Assembly (NCBI GenBank): GCA_934454525.1
Contig: CAKSFM010000003.1
Location: 35,278-99,277 of the forward strand
Source: an uncultured Clostridia bacterium
GTDB lineage: Bacteria > Bacillota > Clostridia > UMGS1883
Length of the DNA: 64,000 nucleotides
Reading direction: 5' to 3'
Made by a program: the position numbers and the translations under genes. Below, piece after piece: positions 59,480 to 64,000 of this stretch (position 1 is the first letter of the stretch; each line of letters begins with the position of its first letter). A model generated the notes under the pieces. The model did not search any database. It was not told the origin of the DNA and saw only the letters and a program-made list of their open reading frames with translations.

Positions 59480-60663
59480 TCTGTTTTTTCACTCCCTCCG
59501 ATAACAACGCCCTCGGTGCAAGCCATAATATTTGCAGAGCTGTCAATTAAAATGACCTTGACCATGCAGTTCTCACGCTCTGCAAAAAAATCGGGAGTTA
59601 TATCAAAATTAATATTTTTTGCAACTGACTGCCCGAGAGCAACCACCCCGCTCATTGAGGAATACGGCACAAGCATCCGTTTTCCGTCCTCAGTGAAAAC
59701 GCCCGCAAAAAGCTGCGCCCTGCCTGCACCGGTAAACTCTTTTTGAATATTAACCGTTACAGTAAATTTTGTGTCCTCCTGAGTAAGTTCGCTAAGACCG
59801 GAAATCTCTTTTCCCGAAGTGTTTTTCAGCAAACACTCGCCGATTTTCCACCTTGCAAGGTCAATTTCCGCATGCACTTCAGCCGAATTTCCAAGTCCGT
59901 CGGAAGCTTTTGCGGACAAGGTGTACCTGCTGAGCGGCTTAACGTTTTCGGCACGATATGTCATATCCTCTCCAATCTGAATCTCTTCATTATTCAGAAA
60001 ATACTTCACGCTTGCAATCCCGATGTTATCTGTCGCTTCAGGAAACACGGCTGTAAATGAGGTCATACTGTCTGCTTCAACGGAGATTTCTCCATTAAAT
60101 GAAGGCGGCTCGGTATCGGCATATGCTGCTATATCCTCATATAAGGTTTCGGTATTCAATACATACTCAAGATCGTTTGTTATCATAACGGCGGAACAGC
60201 AGAATGACGGATAACCGGTTGACAATGCAATGCGATGCAGACCCGGTTTTAAATGAAATGCCTTCTTGCTTCTCGACCATGTAAAGGCATCCCCCTCACT
60301 GCTTTGAAATTTATTTTCATCCGTTTCTCCGTCTACGGTAACATATCCGTACCTTGTTCCGAAGCCGGAGGACGAATCCCACACCATTGCCCATATAACA
60401 TAATTCCCCTCATCGGCAACGTAAAAATCAGCTGTGGCACCGGGGCCCTGCCATGCAGAGTCCTTAAGATAGCCCCCGGGAATCGAATACTTGTATTTAT
60501 GTTCATCGTTTTGAATTGTCCAGCCGCCGCCCTCGGGAAGTGTGAAATTATTCGTCCTCAAAAGCATATATGTATTTTCACTTTCCGCCATGGCAGCCGA
60601 AGCATATGCAAAGCTTATAAAAAGGATCATCATCAGCAGCAACGATTTAATTTTCACTTTCAT
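59476..60663 (-). CDS. Secreted protein (395 aa), putative carbohydrate-binding and Ig-like domains
   Basis: Signal peptide ending ASAAMA. The Trp/Tyr-rich N-terminal beta domain is followed by Ig-like repeats. 4-nt ATGA overlaps occur at both ends. Confidence 0.6.
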   Translation of the reverse strand: MKVKIKSLLLMMILFISFAYASAAMAESENTYMLLRTNNFTLPEGGGWTIQNDEHKYKYSIPGGYLKDSAWQGPGATADFYVADEGNYVIWAMVWDSSSGFGTRYGYVTVDGETDENKFQSSEGDAFTWSRSKKAFHLKPGLHRIALSTGYPSFCCSAVMITNDLEYVLNTETLYEDIAAYADTEPPSFNGEISVEADSMTSFTAVFPEATDNIGIASVKYFLNNEEIQIGEDMTYRAENVKPLSRYTLSAKASDGLGNSAEVHAEIDLARWKIGECLLKNTSGKEISGLSELTQEDTKFTVTVNIQKEFTGAGRAQLFAGVFTEDGKRMLVPYSSMSGVVALGQSVAKNINFDITPDFFAERENCMVKVILIDSSANIMACTEGVVIGGSEKTE

Positions 60664-62369
60664 ATTTTCCCCATCCTCTCCATAGCTTCATATATTATTT
60701 TTGCCGCCTGCGCCCTTGTTGCGTATTCTTTAGGGGCAAATCTGCCGTTTCCGACACCCGACACGATTCCAGCACGATACATTGCCTCTGCAGCATCCTT
60801 TGCATAATCCGAAATATCGTCCTTGTCAGCTATCTCAACACTCATATCATTAACCTCTATGCGGACATCCAGCATAAGCATAATCCTGTAAACAATTGTG
60901 CAAAGCTGTTCTCTTGTAATCATGCTGCCCGTTCCGAACAAATCAAAATCCACACCGTTTACAATGCCCAAAGCAAACGCCCTCATTACAGGCTCATAAA
61001 ACCAGTCCGATTCTTTTACATCCGTGAAAGTGTTGTTTGTTTTTTCATTCGGAAGATCAAATCCGATAGCCGCCAGCTTAATAAATTCTTCTCTTGTAAT
61101 CATTCCCTGCGGATTAAAGCTGCTTCCGCCAACGCCGTTTGCAACGCCATTTGCGGCAAGCGTCTCTATTTGTTCTTTTGCCCAAGGCACACTCTCCAAG
61201 TCATCGAACAAGCCGGGGTTTTTTATTTCGCTCTCATTGTTTTGCTTATTATCGTCCGTATCCGTTTTGTCAGGTTTTTTAATTCCTCCGCTGCCTCCGC
61301 CGATTGAGATAACTTTTCCGCCGCCTCCGCCGTCATCTCTTTTTTTCGGTTCTGTCACAGCTTTCAGTTCTTTAGCAAATGCCGCTTCCACATCTTTCAG
61401 ATCTTTAAACTTTTTCGTATTCTTGGCGCTGATTACATTCTTCACCAAATTAACCTTATTATCTGATGAAAGCTTACTGTATTCGGAGAGGTTTACATCG
61501 GTATAATTTGCAGCGTTGCAAGCCTCAATGTATGAAATAAAAATTTCTCTGTCGCTGCTCGTAAAGCCGTTGAAAAGCGCTGTATAACATGCCTTATTAA
61601 AAATTTCGCCAAACGCTTCCGCCGTTAGTATAATATCTTGAGAACAGACTGCATTATAAACATCTTTTTTCAGTTCATCCGTTTTAATTCTGTCAAAAAG
61701 AAGCTTTGTGTCAATACCGAGTGAATCGGCGTATTTTTGCAGCAAGCTTTCTCCCTGTTCAGCTGAAGCTTCGTTAAAAAATTCAATTGCAACCGCAGCA
61801 TTAAAAGCGCTGCGCAGGGCAGGAATACTGTCAAATTTTTTTCCGGCCAATGATGCAAAAACCAAATTGCTGTTATTAAGCGAAAGAATATCCCCGTCAA
61901 CATCAATATCAATAAGTTCAATGTTTTCGGGAGAAGTTATTATCTCTCTTATTGTATCGGGAGTGCTTTGTTCGACTTCAGCAAGAATCCTCGCACTGTC
62001 GGCAGCATTAACGAATACCACTCCGCCGTCACATTCAGCAGCATCCAATGCTGCACCGCCGACTGTCACACTATAAACTCCGCTTTCGTCAAGGCTTGAG
62101 TTCATTGAACACTCGAACCTGAAATCACCGTTTGATTCCGTCCGTGCAAAGTTAAAATAGAACAAAGCGCCGTTTTTACTTATACTTACAGTGGCAACCG
62201 TGTCTTCACCATACGGAGAAACACCGCCGACAATTATAGCATTTTTCTCCTGACTGTAAAATGCATATATCTCATTTGCTGTTTGCGCGAAAACAGATAC
62301 TTGCATAACAAACAGGACCGACAAAGCAAGCGCTGCAATTTTTGTTACTGTTTTCAAAGCTCTCCCCAC
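60660..62369 (-). CDS. Secreted protein (569 aa) with three C-terminal SLH domains
   Basis: Signal peptide, a Gly-rich linker (DDGGGGGKVISIGGGSGG), then the repeats FDDLESVPWAKEQIETLAANGVANG, FTDVKESDWFYEPVMRAFALGIVNG and ISDYAKDAAEAMYRAGIVSG. Confidence 0.85.
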   Translation of the reverse strand: MGRALKTVTKIAALALSVLFVMQVSVFAQTANEIYAFYSQEKNAIIVGGVSPYGEDTVATVSISKNGALFYFNFARTESNGDFRFECSMNSSLDESGVYSVTVGGAALDAAECDGGVVFVNAADSARILAEVEQSTPDTIREIITSPENIELIDIDVDGDILSLNNSNLVFASLAGKKFDSIPALRSAFNAAVAIEFFNEASAEQGESLLQKYADSLGIDTKLLFDRIKTDELKKDVYNAVCSQDIILTAEAFGEIFNKACYTALFNGFTSSDREIFISYIEACNAANYTDVNLSEYSKLSSDNKVNLVKNVISAKNTKKFKDLKDVEAAFAKELKAVTEPKKRDDGGGGGKVISIGGGSGGIKKPDKTDTDDNKQNNESEIKNPGLFDDLESVPWAKEQIETLAANGVANGVGGSSFNPQGMITREEFIKLAAIGFDLPNEKTNNTFTDVKESDWFYEPVMRAFALGIVNGVDFDLFGTGSMITREQLCTIVYRIMLMLDVRIEVNDMSVEIADKDDISDYAKDAAEAMYRAGIVSGVGNGRFAPKEYATRAQAAKIIYEAMERMGKI

Positions 62370-62437
62370 TTTCTTAAACCACGTTGTTTCGGATTGTCTG
62401 CCGGATTTAATCCGGCAGATAACCCGAGCTTAAATCT

Positions 62438-64000
62438 CTAATTATTTTTTGTGCTTATTTCATGAACCGGCCGCAAAGGCTTGAGCGCCGAAGCTCCGTT
62501 CCATACAAATGCTTTCATATAAACATTGCTGCTGTCCGCAACAGGAACAGCTTCCGTTGCAATCTTTACCACATTGCCCGCAACAGGAAGGCTTTTTACC
62601 GCAACAGGAGCTGCAAGCATGTTAGTTTCCTTATCATAAACTGCCAAAATAACAGTAACGTTTTCTTCCGCGTCTGTTTTATTATAGGCATATACCCATG
62701 CAGATGCATTTCCGTCCGACGGTGCGTCAATCTCAAGGCCGGAAACCTCTGCGACAGGCTCCGTCACATATAATCCGCCGGTAACCGCTTCAAGTTTTAT
62801 GCAGTTAAGATACATAACATTTTCTTCATCTGCCGAAACGGTTATATTTTCTTCATCCGACGTGCCGTCAAAGTTATATGTACCTATTTCAATCCAGCCT
62901 TCACCCAGCGGAGCGGAAATATACTTATTATCGCTGACCCCGTTTCCGGTTACGCTGACATTGTAATTACCTGTCATTCCGATTTCCGATAATTTATCTT
63001 CATCAACGGGGATACCATATACAAATACCTTTGTTTCACCCTTTGCAAGACCCTTTACCTTATAAACTGCACTGTCGCCGTTCATTATTGCCGCTGCACT
63101 GCCGTTATAACCCGTTGTTCCGTCCTCAGTTGCCGAGTTATTGATAACATTCACATTTTCATCGTCCCAGTTAATAACGCTTGCGCTCTTTACAACAGCA
63201 ATGTTATACTCTTTAATGTCAGCGCCGTTTATAACGCGAATCTTAACCCTGCTTAATTCGTCATTCAATACAATATTTGCCGCCTCCGTTCCGGCAAGCA
63301 TATCGTTTATATAAACGGTTGCCTCGCCGCTGATATACGGAGTTATATTAATATACGATGCTCCTGTATAAATAACCTTGTCGTCAAGCTCCTTTAATGT
63401 GATAAATTCATTATCAATCAAAACGCCGTCGGAAAGCTTTAAAAACTTCGCCTCATTAAGCATTGTATATGCATCGGATACTCCCGTGAACTCAACTGCG
63501 TTTCCTGTGATACCGTCTTTGTTCAGAAGATAATTTCCGAGATCCACCCACTGTGAATCTGTGCCGGTCCAGTCAATCACATTGTTTACGCTTTTATTCC
63601 CCGTGTTAATTTTTACAGGCTGATTCGAGCTTGCATAAAGCTTTTCCGATGTGTCACTTGAATTTATATGGTAATTGAACGACGGCTTCCATACCAGAAT
63701 TTTATAAAAACCGTCCCTTATAATATCTACAGTACCTTCCTTAATCGGGAATCCTGCCACATTTCCTTTTTCGGCAATGTATTTGGCGTCTTTGCCGCTT
63801 GCAGTTGAAAAATCCGCCGAAATCGGAAGCTTAAGGTTTGATACTGCACCCGTAACGCGCTGAGTGTATGCATTTGTACCGAATTCTTTAAACAGTACAA
63901 ACTTATAATTGTGCGCAGGTTTTCCCAAAAGCTTAATTTCAAGCTTCACGCTTGTCTCTCCCGATGCATTTACGGGAATTTCAGCATCAGCATTTGCCGC
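62438..64000 (-). CDS. Large beta-rich surface protein, C-terminal part (gene runs off the right edge)
   Basis: The frame of ORF 62438..63949 stays open to position 64000 (AANADAEIPVNASGETSVKLEIK...); the listed M is an internal GTG. No family recognised. Confidence 0.6.
   Translation of the reverse strand, partial: AANADAEIPVNASGETSVKLEIKLLGKPAHNYKFVLFKEFGTNAYTQRVTGAVSNLKLPISADFSTASGKDAKYIAEKGNVAGFPIKEGTVDIIRDGFYKILVWKPSFNYHINSSDTSEKLYASSNQPVKINTGNKSVNNVIDWTGTDSQWVDLGNYLLNKDGITGNAVEFTGVSDAYTMLNEAKFLKLSDGVLIDNEFITLKELDDKVIYTGASYINITPYISGEATVYINDMLAGTEAANIVLNDELSRVKIRVINGADIKEYNIAVVKSASVINWDDENVNVINNSATEDGTTGYNGSAAAIMNGDSAVYKVKGLAKGETKVFVYGIPVDEDKLSEIGMTGNYNVSVTGNGVSDNKYISAPLGEGWIEIGTYNFDGTSDEENITVSADEENVMYLNCIKLEAVTGGLYVTEPVAEVSGLEIDAPSDGNASAWVYAYNKTDAEENVTVILAVYDKETNMLAAPVAVKSLPVAGNVVKIATEAVPVADSSNVYMKAFVWNGASALKPLRPVHEISTKNN

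Noticed and set aside
60253-61506. 184-aa and 160-aa plus-strand ORFs antisense to the SLH-protein operon.
   Set aside because: They lie within well-supported minus-strand genes that have signal peptides and SLH repeats. The antisense translations are low-complexity.

Overview
This is a 64-kb chromosomal segment from a Gram-positive, spore-forming Clostridia-type bacterium. The assignment rests on sigH, a CotJC-type catalase, SLH-domain surface proteins, and the rpsF-ssb-rpsR and smc-ftsY gene orders. Most of 8.3-47.2 kb is ordinary housekeeping: cysK, yebC, sigH, tRNA-Gly, nadE, topB, a radical-SAM pair, rpsF-ssb-rpsR, ftsY, smc, proB, folA-thyA, tex, a chrA pair and holA. The left end (1-5.9 kb) holds sugar and nucleoside catabolic genes with LacI and AraC regulators.

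Two recombinase-associated scars stand out:
- At 5.9-7.9 kb lies a decayed element. It contains an N-terminally deleted, frameshifted large serine recombinase, a DUF4417 fragment, and an intact toxin-like/immunity-like gene pair with no delivery domain. It ends against a 5'-truncated hexapeptide acetyltransferase gene.
- At 47.5-49.5 kb an intact large serine recombinase has its stop codon 3 nt from the point where a CotJC-type Mn-catalase gene loses its 5' end. This may be a gene-splitting (skin-like) element or an island junction.

Right of that junction (50-64 kb) is a co-directional cluster that looks more AT-rich by eye. It encodes glycoside hydrolases, an SGNH esterase, a sugar ABC importer and four translationally coupled surface proteins, two of which carry recognisable SLH repeats.

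Other items worth a second look are a five-gene module (unknown secreted protein, ABC-2 exporter, two-component system), twin perfect palindromic operators, a LacI gene with no canonical start codon, and 10-bp tandem repeats in the cysK promoter/leader. I saw no CRISPR array, rRNA or intact transposase. All functional calls come from reading motifs by eye; no database search was run.
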